In this document: positions 29,069 to 42,717 of the stretch, one piece after another | Layout of the letters: the number at the start of each line of letters is the position of its first letter | How positions within the stretch are numbered: the stretch's first letter is position 1 | Notes under the pieces: generated by a model | Seen by the model: the letters and a program-made list of their open reading frames with translations, nothing else | Told to the model about the DNA's origin: nothing | Database searches by the model: none | Assembly: GCF_006345805.1 (NCBI RefSeq) | Contig: NC_042999.1 | Coordinates: 47,678,001 to 47,742,000, forward strand | DNA length: 64,000 bases | From: Octopus sinensis | Taxonomy: Eukaryota | Direction: 5' to 3' | Program-made: the position numbers and the translations under genes

Positions 29069-29525
29069 GGGATAAAGCTACTACCCGTGCTATATAAACG
29101 TATACGGCAGGCTTCCCGGTCTCTGTGGCGTGTGTACACAACTGTTAGAAAAACACTCAATTTTTGCCAGCTTAATGGACTTGTAGAAGTTGAAATGTCA
29201 AACAAATTTTTTTTTTTTGATAACACAGTGCACACCCAGTTCAGGAACCGAAACTAAAATCTTAAACTCACGAATCTGACACAGACACCAGTAAACCATA
29301 CACCTCCATACACACACGCGTTGATACACACATGCTGACACAGACACAATAACATACGCTCGCAAACACACACACGCATATTTATATATAGCAATTCAGT
29401 CAGGCTGCTATAGGATTTTTGTCTTTTACAGATGCATGCATGTGTGTATCTATGTATATACGTATCTATGTATATAGCTGTGTATGTCCTATATATGTAC
29501 ATAAATACATATGCAAACACACACG

Positions 29526-29563
<38 letters not shown>

Positions 29564-29587
29564 CGTGTGTGTGTATGTGTGTGTATG

Positions 29588-29632
<45 letters not shown>

Positions 29633-30605
29633 ACATATATATATATAATATATATATATGTACATATATATACATATATACATATATATATAGATGTAGA
29701 TATAGATATATATGTATATGTGTATATATATATATATACATATGTATATATATATGTATATATGTATACGTATACATCTATATATGTACATATAAATATA
29801 TTTAAGATCAAAGTAAAAAATGTGGAATCGCTCAATTTAGAAAAAATTGGTAAAGTTCCACTTCAATGCCTGCAGCGCTTTTTTGCCGATCGAAACGCAT
29901 GCTAGTGATGCTGCGCGTATTTTACGTATTTGTGGCTCTACTGGTATATCTTTATTGAAAAAAAAAATAGCATGAATTTAGTACATTTTGTCCTCTGAAC
30001 TTAAAAGATTCAGCTCGCTTGTTACCAGTCATGTAAAAGAGCCGACATGGTCATGCAGAAACGTCATACGTGACATTTAAAGGTTATGATTAAAAGTACA
30101 TGTAAACCAATCAGTCAAGGCATAGCTGTTATGCAAATTACTTTGAGTCAGAATGTAAAGGATTGTTTTATTTTTAGAAAGGCGAAATATTAAGGTGACT
30201 TTCAAGAAATGTGTTTAAATGTAACTTAAAATAGTATCAAAATGTCTTTAGGGGAATTAGTTTAGAATCAAGATAGCAACTGATAAAAATGAAGGAGTTT
30301 GTATTTAAAGCTATTACTTCTATATTCATTATTTGCCGTAGTAATTCACTGCTCAAAAATTTAATAGCTAAAACATTATTCTAAAAATCAAGAAACAAAA
30401 TTTAAACTTACGTACATGGATATCGTTTTCTGCCTCTTTATACACAAATGACACATGCATGGACACGCAACACGCAAATTCATGTGATTAAATAGCTTAT
30501 CATTAAAACCTTTCTACAACTTCAGGCGTACATTTAATTACACATGATTACTAGGGTTGTATGTACGTATGATGTATGCATGTATATATATATATAATAT
30601 ATATA

Positions 30606-30646
<41 letters not shown>

Positions 30647-32362
30647 TGTGCGTGTGTGTATACACATACATATATAGTTCGATTGATTTTACTAAATAAT
30701 TCAAAAGCTCTTCGTGACGGTGTCCCATCATGGCCGCAGTCTAATAATTAACATAAGTAAAAAAGATAAAAGGTATATATAAACACACACTTATATGCAC
30801 ACAAATATAGTTATATATTTTTATGCATATAGATATTTATACATATAAGGAAAAAAGCACCTATATACAACTATAAGCCCATAGATACACAAGGTCACTC
30901 AAATACACGTAAACAGATATGTACATATCTTTTGTATGAATGCGTGCGTGCTTGTGAGTGTATTTGTGTACATGCCTTTATAAGAGAATGGGAATGAAAC
31001 CTAAACTTATGAGAATGAAAAACAATCTGTTTCGTAGAATAATTGGGAGAGTTTCCAAATACAACAAATGATTCACAAACATCAAATATTAACTGTAAAA
31101 ATATAAGAAACAGATTGATTTTTCTATGAATGCCGGATTTACTATTGACTGGTATGAATGTTTTCATATGACTATAATTTAGTCACACAACTCTGATATG
31201 AAGGAAATAAAGAATTATTTCGGCATGTAAAGTAGTAATAAATTTTAGTCGCACATCTCATATTACCATGTTCAATGATTCTTCAGCAATAATGAATGAT
31301 TTTAAACTGTAGATATTCAATTGGTTGTTGACACGTCCTATGGACTTCAGATAAGATTTATTGCGTTATTTCACAACGCTGTCTCATCATTTTGTATTCA
31401 TATACCTCAGTGGTTATTATAAGTTGAACATAATATTTGGCTCATGTATTATAATACATAAGTGACACAGTAGTATCCAAGGATACAGTTATACTGGTCT
31501 AGTGAGGAAAGGAAAATTCTTTAGTCGCTTTGATATCACTTACACAAAACAACAGCACTAGTAATGTTAGTAATATTGACAACATATGTTGAAGTTCTGT
31601 TTCGATAAAAAAAACTATTTCCGTTTTACATACTGAAAGCACTTTACTCTGACGAAATGTGAACTAGGTTACTTAGATATATAATATGTTTCCTAAAATT
31701 TTTGATACTGTCGACGTGTATTATTCAGAGACGTGTATTATAACGCTAATGTATTTAATCATGCATAGTGTGAAATTTTAGGTTACTGCTCCATACAGTC
31801 CTATAAGTTAGTGTTCGATGAATTCTAAAAACAGGCAACGCATATGCCCGAATTCTTCTAAAATGATATCGAACTGTATTTATTATGGACAGCTGCTCCC
31901 ATCAATAATAGTTTCACGATTATTTCGTAGCTTCACGAGTTACCTGTTACTTGAAATACACATAGAACAATTACAACTTACATCATTGCCAATGAAACGG
32001 CTGGATCGACAATAAAATGCAAAATTATTTATCACAGCACTTGCCTCAACCTCGCTTCCATCTATATATATAAAACTGAGAATGTGTGTTCTCTGTCTGT
32101 CTGTCTGTCTCTCTGTGTGAATCCCTAAAACTTGAGCACTACACAACCAATTTCATTCAAATTTTACGCATGCCTTACTTAGGGTCCATGGAGTGTCATG
32201 GACAAAAACAATTTTAGTTTCTTGCCAAGGGCGAGCCCATAGCAATATCATATCTTCTCCACTATTTCAGTATTACGTGTCTAAATTAAAACAAAAACAT
32301 CTCTCTATTGTATGTAAATGGATGTATATATAAATATATATATACATATATATATATAATAT

Positions 32363-32410
<48 letters not shown>

Positions 32411-32647
32411 TCATGTATGTATATATATATATATATACATACATGTATATATATAATATATATATATATATACATGTATATGTATAGATGTATTTCTATA
32501 GATATACATGTATGTGAATACATGTATGTCCAGATGTATATATACATAGATGTACATGTAATATGTACACATATATATATATAAATATATATGCATGTAT
32601 ACATATATACACCTATACACACATACACCCACCACACACACATACAT

Positions 32648-32960
32648 AGGTGCAGATATGGCTGTGTGGTAACAAACTTGGTTCCCAAACACATGGTTCT
32701 CAGTGCAGTTCCACCGTGTGGTAACTTGGCATGTGTCTTCTGCTATAGCCTCAGACCAACGAAAGCCTTGTCAGTGGATTTTGTAGACAGAAACTGAAAG
32801 AAATCAATTGTATGTATATGTATGTATATATGTAATTCTATGTTTGTGTCTTTGTGTTTCTCCCTCATCACTGCTTCACAACTGGTGTTCGTTTATTCAC
32901 ATCCCCATAACTTACTGGTTTCACAAGAAGAAACTGATAAAATAAGTACCAGGCTTATCA
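32648..32960 (+). mobile_element. SINE family 2, diverged copy
   Basis: atggctgtgtggtaac...ttggcatgtgtcttctgctatagcc...gtagacagaaactgaaaga...aataagtaccaggctta. Confidence 0.75.
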
Positions 32961-33091
32961 AAATATAAAAACGCACTACACAGTGTCTCATATTTTTGTT
33001 TGCCCACTCAGTTGTATTTATAAATTTATTTTTGTGTGTGTGTATGTGTATGTGTGTGTATGCGTGTGTGTGCGTGCGTGTGTGTGTGTGA

Positions 33092-33148
<57 letters not shown>

Positions 33149-33231
33149 GGTCCCGGGTTGATTCGGGGTTAACCACAGTAAATAAGGTACTCAATACATA
33201 GCAGAGTAAAATTAATTTATTATATAGAAGG

Positions 33232-33282
33232 AGCTTCTACAGGACTAGAACTGTTTCATTCAAGAGAAATCTTCAGGAAGCT
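33232..33282 (-). ncRNA. Type I hammerhead ribozyme
   Basis: Reverse complement: agcttc CTGAAGA t-ttc tctt gaa-t GAAA cag ttctagtc ctg TA gaagct. Confidence 0.8.
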
Positions 33283-33492
33283 AGTTAACAAGAATTGTAT
33301 TGGCATTTATACATTTAGGCAGGTTTAAAGGGGTGTTGGTGGGGGACTTTTTGGGGGGTAGGCATAGCGCAAAAAATCATACTTGGGGGAGTGGTCAAGG
33401 AGTCAGTGTTAAATTAGATAGGAGAATAAAATAAAAATAAAAAATAAAAAATAAAAAATAAAAAATAAGAATAAAAAATAAAAATATAAAAT

Positions 33493-33524
<32 letters not shown>

Positions 33525-33636
33525 AAATAGAAAATAAAAAATATAAAAAAAATAAAAATAAAAATAAAAATAAAAATAAAAATAAAAATAAAAAATAAAT
33601 AAAAAATAAATAAAAAATAAAATAAAAAAAAAAAAT

Positions 33637-33683
<47 letters not shown>

Positions 33684-34793
33684 GGGGGAATAGAGTTTTA
33701 GGTAAATAAGGAGATTCTCATACATATACATATCTACACATACACATATATATGTATACATACACACACTCACTTGCATACACGTATACACACATGTATA
33801 TATACACACACGACCACACATACATATACACACAGAAAAATATATATATACACATACACACACATCTACTCACATACACGCATACACACACAAATCCATA
33901 CACACACATGCACACACAGCACACTAGTCCCTATATACACATATATACACATACACACATATATATACACCCACACATACACATACATACACATATATAT
34001 ACATACATACACATACATATACACATATATATACATACACATATATATATATATATATATACACATATATATACATATGTGTACCCATGCATACCTACAC
34101 ATACACACATATATATATACATATACAAATACAGACCCATTCCCTAATTTTAATTTTATTATCTTCGTTTATTACTTTTGTTATCTTTGGCCGCTTGGTC
34201 ACAAACATCTTGGCTATGACAGCCAGACCATTTATCCGTCAACTGGAAAACAATTACTCATTCACTCACGCACACTCTTTAGCACGTACACTCACTCATT
34301 CGTACACTCATACGCATACACGCACGCACGCGTTATATTCATACATACATACATCTACATACATTCACGTATATACACATACGTACGCGTACCTACAGAT
34401 TCATGTCTACACTCTTAGAAGGCTAGTCTATACATATACACCAATAAATATAAATACAAATACACACACATACATGTACACCTACATGTTTTTTATTTAT
34501 TTATTTATTTTTATTTTTTTATATTTTTTATTTTCTATTTTTTATTTTTTATTTTTTATTTTTTATTTTTTATTTTTTATATTTTATATTTTTTATTTTT
34601 TATTCTTTATTTTTTATTTTTTATTTTTTATTTTTTATTTTTTATTTTATTCTCCTATCTAATTTAACACTGACTCCTTGACCACTCCCCCAAGTATGAT
34701 TTTTTGCGCTATGCCTACCCCCCAAAAAGTCCCCCACCAACACCCCTTTAAACCTGCCTAAATGTATAAATGCCAATACAATTCTTGTTAACT

Positions 34794-34844
34794 AGCTTCC
34801 TGAAGATTTCTCTTGAATGAAACAGTTCTAGTCCTGTAGAAGCT
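34794..34844 (+). ncRNA. Type I hammerhead ribozyme
   Basis: agcttc CTGAAGA tttctcttgaat GAAA cagttctagtcctg TA gaagct: 6-bp stem I, 3-bp stem II, stem III acag/ctgt; predicted cleavage after A34838. Confidence 0.8.
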
Positions 34845-34952
34845 CCTTCTATATAATAAATATATATATATATATATATTATATGGATTTCGTGGACAGG
34901 AACTGAAACAAATCAATCGTATATATATGTATGTATATATGTAAGTGTACGT

Positions 34953-36190
34953 GTTTTGATATTGGCAACATGAATGACAATGGTCAGCGACTACTTGAAC
35001 TTTGCACATACCATAACCTGTGCATCACCAACACATTATTTGCCAACAAAACATCCCACAAGGCATCTTGGAAACATCCAAGGTCTCACCACTGGCATCA
35101 GCTAGATCTCATCATTACACGAATATCCTTTCTGAAATATGTTCAACTGACCCGTAGTTACCGCAGCGCGGATTGTGACGCAGATCATGCACTAATAAGA
35201 AGCAGGGTTAGAATTCTGACTAAAAAAGTCCATCACTCCAAGAAAATGGGCCGACCACGCATTAACACTGCCAGAACCTCGGACCCTAAACTGCGAAAAT
35301 GTTTTGCTGTTTCTATCAAAGTTGTCCTCAGTAGCTGCCCAACCACCTCTGCTGAAAGTAGGTGGAATTATATCAGGGAAGCTACAACGTATCCCTTGAT
35401 GCTGAGCCCAATATACGCATTGGCAAGGCAGCTTCTGTGATGGCCCAACTCTCCAAATTGGCATGGGACAACAATAAGCTGACCATGACCACAAAAATGA
35501 AGATTTTCTAGGCATGTGTACTTAGTACTCTACTGTATGGAAGTGACACTTGGACGCCATACACACGCCAAGAGCGTTGCCTAAATATCTTTCCCCTCCG
35601 CTGCCTCCGGAAAATCCTTCGCATGAAATAGCAGAATCATGTCCCCAACAAAGATGTCCTCAAGCAAGCAGGAATACTAAGTATGTTTGCACTCCTCACA
35701 CAAAGACGTATGAGATGACTTGGACATGTTAGCCGTATCGAAAATGGCAGAATCCCCAAGGACATACTCTACGGAGAGCTTGCTAGGGGGACTAGGTCTG
35801 TGAGAAGACCGTTCTTACGATACAAGGATGTTTGCAAAAGGGACATGAATGCCTGCAACATCAACATTACCAACTGAGAAGCAGTTGCCAGCAACCGTGG
35901 AGATTGGCGACGTACCATAAAAGAGGGAACACAACGGAGTGACATAGAGAGAGAGAGAGGAGAAATGGAAAGACAAGAAAAGGCGTCAACAAGAAACTAT
36001 GACATTATAACCAGCCTGGCAAAGTGTTCGCTACATTTGCGGTACCTTCCAAAGAGAGTGTTTGTCTAGGATAGGACTACACAGCCACAGCAGGAAATGT
36101 ATTAGGACATGAAATGTAAAAGCCGGAATAGATTATTTTATGTGCAACTCCATTGTCTCCCGAGACAAACAGGATGCCAACAAAAATATA
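34953..36190 (+). mobile_element. RTE-clade LINE, 5'-truncated and internally deleted
   Basis: APE endonuclease C-terminus (NDNGQRLLELC...TNTLF...SWKHPRSHHWHQLDLII...ADCDADHALI) fused at ~35383 to post-RT sequence (RIGKAA...VLSTLLYGSDTW...LGHVSRIENGRIPKDILYGEL...SRIGLHSHSRKC); 68-bp direct repeats on both sides. Confidence 0.9.
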
Positions 36191-36492
36191 TAGGGATTTC
36201 GTAGACAGAAACTGAAACAAACCAATCGTATATATATGAGTGTATATATGTAAGTGTATGTTCGTGTCTTTGTCTCTGTGTTTCGCCTTCATCACTGCTT
36301 CAAAACTGCTGTTCATTTATTTACATCCACATAACTTACTGGTTTCACAAGAACAAAATAATAGAATAAGTACCAGGCTTATCAACATGAAAAGCACTAG
36401 GCTGTGTCGCATACTTTTGTTTGCCCAATCAGTTGTGTCTATCGATTTATCTTTGTATGTGTATGTGTATATATCTATCTAGCTATCTCCAT

Positions 36493-36539
<47 letters not shown>

Positions 36540-37444
36540 AAATCCTTTTAACAGGTTCTATAAGACTGGAATTTTGGAATATGTGCATAAAAATCAGTAG
36601 TATGGGATACATATGGCACGATTACAATTTTGCTTGGGTGTGTAACGAGGGAAATAACCCTCTTCTGCAATTTTGATGAAATTTGAAACATAGTTATTCC
36701 AGTTCATTACAGAAAATATAACAGAAAAGTCTAATTCTTCAAGCGTATGTAACTCGGGCAACGCCGGGTAACTCTGCTAGTATATTATTCTTTTATAGAC
36801 AGAAAATTCAGTGCATAAACAGGGATTGTCCTACACTCGGTTAGTTTGTTTTAATCTTTTTTTGTGAATAATATTAAATCTACAGTTATTCTGGTATTCA
36901 TTTATCTACAATTATTCTGGTATTCATTTTGGAATGCGAAACTCATCAGACAACGGAATAAGCGCACCTTTTGTTTCTACCTCTAAGGTCATAATAACGA
37001 GTATGTTTTTACTGATTTACACTAGTACACAAAAACATTTATATCAATATACACGTATAACGATATATGCACAAATACACACATAGCTGCTCACACAAAC
37101 CACACACATGTATATTGAATGGCTTCTGCGTTATTTGCATATGCTGAAATTCTATCAGAAAGGATGGACAAGGATATAGTTATGGATAAATATTTCTGAT
37201 TTTTAATTTCCGTTTCTAACGTTGGCATGCACATGCAGGGTTTCGTTTAATCATTTAAAACGAGCCATGTACCTGACTGCAATCATTATTTTCTTTATCG
37301 CACAATGTTGGAAGTCAAATTTGCTCTCCATAGGATATGAACTCACAATAGAAGACGCCATAATATATTCTAAATGCAATTTTATTGACGCACTAACGAT
37401 ACTGATACAAATACAATTGACTTCAATATTACATTCAATTGGAG

Positions 37445-37655
37445 GGTAAAATTGCTAAAGCCCCGGTAAAAACGTTTTGTCGTATTTCTTCCTACCCATC
37501 ACGTTCCGAATGCTAAGTACACCTATGACTACTTTACCTTTCATCCATGTGTAGTCGATAAATGAAGGACCTGTCAAGTACTGTAGGTCAATGCTATCGA
37601 TGTGTTCCCTTCCCTTCAAATTACTGGCTTAGTGCCAATTTTAGAACGAATTTTA
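37445..37655 (+). mobile_element. Old SINE family 1-related copy
   Basis: Degenerate ctttacctttcatccatgtgtagtcgataaatgaaggacc block and tail. Confidence 0.55.
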
Positions 37656-37749
37656 TATTCATTTCCATTCATATAACTGTGATATTTTCTAGAGGGTAGT
37701 TATAAATAATTGCTTTTTATTGGAATTGCTAGGAATTATCTTGAAATCA

Positions 37750-37908
37750 GGAGTGGCTATGTGGTAAGTAGCTTGCTAACCAACCACATGGTTCCGGGTT
37801 CAGTCCCACTGCGTGGCATCTTGGGCAAGTGTCTTCTGCTATAGCCCCGGGCCGACCAATGCCTTGTGTGTGGATTTGGTAGACGGAAACTGAAAAAAGG
37901 CTGTCGTA

Positions 37909-37951
<43 letters not shown>

Positions 37952-38165
37952 ATGTGTTTGTGTTTGTCCCTCTAGCATTGCTTGACAACCGATGCTGGTG
38001 TGTTTACGTTCCCGTCACTTAGCGGTTCGGCAAAAGAGATCAATAGAATAAGTACTGGGCTTACAATGAATAAGTCCCGGGGTCGATTTGCTCGACTAAA
38101 GGCGGTGCTCCAGCATGGCCGCAGTCAAATGACTGAAACAAGTAAAAGTGTAAAAGAGTAAAGAG
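37750..38165 (+). mobile_element. SINE family 2, full length, well preserved
   Basis: ggagtggctatgtggtaag A box, gggttcagtccc B box, cttgggcaagtgtcttc CORE-like block, internal (TA)(TG)n, (taaaagag)n tail. Confidence 0.92.
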
Positions 38166-39934
38166 TATTAAGAGAAAGTTTAATACCGTTGATTGGTCAT
38201 TGTAAATATATGAACGATTATGAAATGTGAATACCCAAAATACAGAAATTTCAAATGTCTAAGAAATATTCAACTTTATGTGATATTTACATTTAAACAT
38301 TCCTTTTAATTACCCGATGTCTTATAAAATGGTTACCTTAATATATTGTACAGAATAAATTGTACAGCCAAATGCAGATTTCTATAAATAATTGCAAAAT
38401 CGAAGCTGTATTTAATTTTATAGCAAACGTCTTCCATATTTTCATGTGGATTTTATAACCAAACATATAAACATATTTAGATTTTATCATTCCACGTAGT
38501 AACATATGCAATATTCATTTTTATACTTAACTCTGGATTTTATGCGTTTTCTTACAGTGGATAATGTTGATAAACTAGTTTTTTTCTGTTTATATATATC
38601 ATGGGCTTCTGAAATTATGGACTATTTTATCACAACTTGAAAACAGTTGCAATAAACAAAAATTCCCTACAACATCCTTCTCAAGGAAGAATGCTTTTCT
38701 TTTTTTTTTTCATGTAGTAACTATGGATGCTTCGTTTCCTATATCGTCTGTTATGGTTGTTTAGCATCCTTAGGCTTTTTGGAAGCAATATCACTATACA
38801 ATTAACAGTGCTTTATGATCGAGATTATATTTATTTGCTTCAGTAGAGTAGCAAATTGTGTTCATGAATCAGCGTTTCATTCTTCTGCCTTGTCAGTTTT
38901 TTAATACTGAACAAAATAATGTGTATATATATTCTTCATTTATAAAATGTTAAAGGCCAACACATAAAATATTCTTTTTTTTTTATTACATAGCATTTTT
39001 TCGTATGAATATATATCGACAACGATTCATCTAAAGCGGGGAAAAACTTACACTGAATTTTTTCAAGGCTACTAAAAATCAAAGTAATTCCAAGGTTACG
39101 AGAGATTAAAACTGATTTAATTTTGTCGTTGGGGGGATTATTATCTGGAACTAAATACAAAATGATCTGTAAGAAACAATTATGTCACGCCATATTTGTC
39201 TCTTTAAATTTAGGAAGGAAAAAATATCTGAGAAACAAAATACTTTATGCATGTGTGTGAATGAAAGCATGTATGTTTATATAAATGTATGTATGAATAA
39301 TGCTTGCTTTTTAATAGGATCAGCAGAAACGTATACAATCCTACGGGATACATTATCATTTAATCATCGCATTAGCTTAGTAATCGGACGAGCGTGTATA
39401 GTGTACAGTAAAGAATTCGACAAATGTCAAGTTTCACATGCATTGGTTCGTCCCTGAGGAAATGCAAGAAGGCATAAACCAGGAAAGACACGCAAAACAA
39501 CGGGGGAATGTTTTAGAAAACGTCTAAGGAAAAGGGAGATAAATGATATGTCCATTTAATTTCTTAAATGCTTATATCTCAAAACATACAAATATATATT
39601 GGTTGTTGTCGAATTGGGGAGCAGTTAAACGCTGTTAAATTATATTTCTAATCCGGTAAGGCACGAAAATTGTTGAGATGCGTACATTTCATAAAAATTC
39701 CGATGTGTAATTTAGAAAATCGGCGCAATTATTCTGTATAACAAAAGATGAGTGTTTTATGGGTTGCACATTTTACCCGTTAATGTGTGGTCTAAATGTC
39801 CCACGTTTGTTCCTTTAGTTGGTGTGATGTATACCGCCATCCTCTTTCATGTTATAGCTTGCTAAAATTGTGGCTTTTTCCGTTTAAGTATTTGACAGAA
39901 GGGTGGGAAGACATCGACATAAGCTTTTTCTAAT

Positions 39935-40100
39935 TTAGGAACAGGATCTGAAATTTTGATGGAAGAGTTTACCCGATTACATCGACCTCCAGCACTAGAC
40001 TCGCACTTTATTTAATTGACTCTGAAAGGATGAATTACAAACTAGAGCAGGGTAAAATGTGATAACAGAATATAAGGTCGGAAAAATGCTATTAGACACG
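39935..40100 (-). mobile_element. Old SINE family 1-related copy
   Basis: cgattacatcgacctccagcact...tttaattgactctgaaaggatgaa degenerate match. Confidence 0.5.
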
Positions 40101-40765
40101 CACACACGTACATATATACATACACATATTCATAGCTGCAACTAAAATCCTCGTTGAAGGCTTGTCGAATACTATATGATGATGTGGATAGGAATGCTTT
40201 CATTATTATGGGCGGAAGTGTTGTGTGGATGTAAAAAAAACCTATTGGTTGGCTCCTAATGGACTATGCCACACTATGAATAGACATACGCAGAGAGTGT
40301 GAGTCTTGAGCTGTGTAAAGCTGAGCGTTGCGTATTATCGAGGGTTATTACCATTATCTTGAGTATAACGATTTGCGAGGACGTTATTATTATCTTATTA
40401 TATCATACGTCGAACGTGCGATACAACAGGAAGAAAAATGGAAAGACAAAGGAGTGGTTATTTTCGAAAGAATTACACATTTTTCACATAAAATTTAAGG
40501 AAGCCCCGCGAAATACCATTCCCACTATACATTATAGTTGACGCATTTTGAACAATATCTGCAGAAATGTATATTTTGCAATTGCTGGGATCATTAGTCA
40601 CCAGCGGAGCCACAACTGTAAAGTAAAAATTTGTCTGCGTGTACAGTATTTCTAATGATCTTAGATGGTTTTCCCCAGTTTCGAGGAACCAGAGATCAAT
40701 TATACATATGCATGCATTCATACATACACAATAAACACATACACAGACACAAAGAAATATATATA

Positions 40766-40843
<78 letters not shown>

Positions 40844-41764
40844 GTATATAGGTGTTTGTATATTAACATGTACTTATAGAAGCATTTGCTTTTTGTTTGG
40901 ATATAGAAGAAATATGTAGTTACTTCCATGCATATATTTGCATTGATATATTTCTAAGTAACCATGTTAGAAATATAGTAGAGAATAGTCTAATGAATAA
41001 TTTATGGGAAACTGGTCTATAGCTATCTTAACTTTAAAAATCTGTTGAATATTTCTTTAGACTCACCTCCTATAACCGACATTAAATTTATCTTGTCTAT
41101 GATATACGTTCTTTGAAAAATCTCAGTAGCATTTCCTACAAACATTTTTATGGACTCCGAAATAGCAGAGCACCATCTTACATACAATATTGATAGGTCA
41201 TCAGAAAAAACTGCGACGAAGAGAAAGAGAAGAATGAAAATAACACAACTGTCATATGATAACTTGACAAAACTAATTTATAGTATTGCCCTTTACCTGC
41301 ACTAACAAACTCCCCATATCAAACAAGAAAATGAATATTTATCTTCCCTTCCTTTCATTTTCCATCCTAAAATATACTTTTTGTTTTATCTGGCCAACTG
41401 CCGACCAAATTACTTCTCAGGTTTTCGTGCATCTTACGAATTTTCTTTTACATTGCTGGGTTGTAGGCTCCCGGTAATTTTTGATGTTTACCTAGAAAGT
41501 GTACCTTTGATAGAAGCAGTAAAATAGTTCCTATTTCCTGCTAAAAAATACTGCTGGTAGGTGGAGGATGCGCTATCTGTTGTGGAGGCACGTATATATA
41601 CCGAAATCATCCGTATATATGCTTACGCACACTGGCGCCCACTAAATAAAAGCACACACACGCATATGTTCTCCCACACAAACGCCCACACATTAATACG
41701 CTGACATTTAAATACAGGAACGTACAAATTCAAGGATTAATATTTACAATATTACGCGGAAATG

Positions 41765-42659
41765 AAAACAAAAACAGAAATAATGCAACAGGTATAAAAA
41801 AAGTGCATGAAACGAAAATGAAAATAAAATTCGCGCAAAGGAAGGACTTTCGGAAATTCATAAGATCCGAGTTTTTCCCTCATAACTTTTAGGAAAATGG
41901 GTTCTTTTTTTTAATTGAAATTTTATATGAAAAGTTTGCTAACGTCATAGATTACGATTATAAAGGAATTTATGGGGAAAATCTTTTTCGAGCGGCGAGG
42001 GGAGGACTTTTGGAAAATTCACAATGTCCGATTTCCCCCCGTAACTTTGAGGAAAATGAAACTCTTTTAATGAAATTTTATATAAATAGCTTTCAAACGA
42101 CATACCTTTCTATTCACACTGAGCGTTTATGGGGGGGGGGGGTATATTGTTCGACCCGGAATGAGACCTAGCTACTTGAAACAATATGTCGCTCCGCTAC
42201 GTTTCATACTGGCCAGCTCATTGCCAATCTAGCGACTTCATACGTTTCATTTGGAGGCTGCAAGACTATACCCATGATCCTGATGACACAGAAGAATGTA
42301 TACCGGTTCTTGAAGTTCGTTTACGCATTTTCTACTGTAAAACGTTCTTCTTAACCCCAACTTTGCTTATATTTTAAAACGTTCACTACAGATCTTCCTA
42401 CACCCACTAGACATGTTAACTTGCTAACTGCTCACTGAGAGAACTCTTGAGTGACGACAACATCAATTATGAGTTTCGAACGAACATATCGTTAACTGCA
42501 TTAGAGAAGTGATTTGTTATTTACGTTTAATTTGCATAGAAGCACATAGACACACGCACGCTCGTTCGCACGCGCACTCACACATACACACAAGCTGACG
42601 TAAATACTATATTTATATCTATGAAAATAACCCTTGTGTATGCGTGTGTGCATATATAC

Positions 42660-42717
<58 letters not shown>

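Larger units (their letters stand above)
33146..34861. mobile_element. HHR foldback element C (young, Penelope-pLTR-like inverted repeat)
   Basis: Arms 33215-~33630 and ~34490-34861; the ~210-bp complex part appears identical; inner arms are (TAAAAA)n-like; ~70-bp unpaired tail at 33146-33214; (TA)n on both sides. Confidence 0.85.
32061..36780 (+). mobile_element. Non-autonomous Helitron with nested insertions
   Basis: 5' A|TCtatatatataaaa...(ctgt)n...aaccaatttcattcaaatttt at 32061; 3' hairpin actcgg-gcaacg-ccgggt then CTAG|T at 36777-36781; that both ends belong to one element is inferred. Confidence 0.7.

Noticed and set aside
29085-29260. TATA-like tatataaa followed by a GC-richer stretch, a possible promoter
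   Set aside because: TATA words are everywhere in this window and there is no downstream exon evidence.
42275-42500. CTGATGA at ~42280 and CTGAGAGA...gagtttcgaa at ~42435
   Set aside because: Stems I and III and GAAA could not be assembled into a hammerhead.
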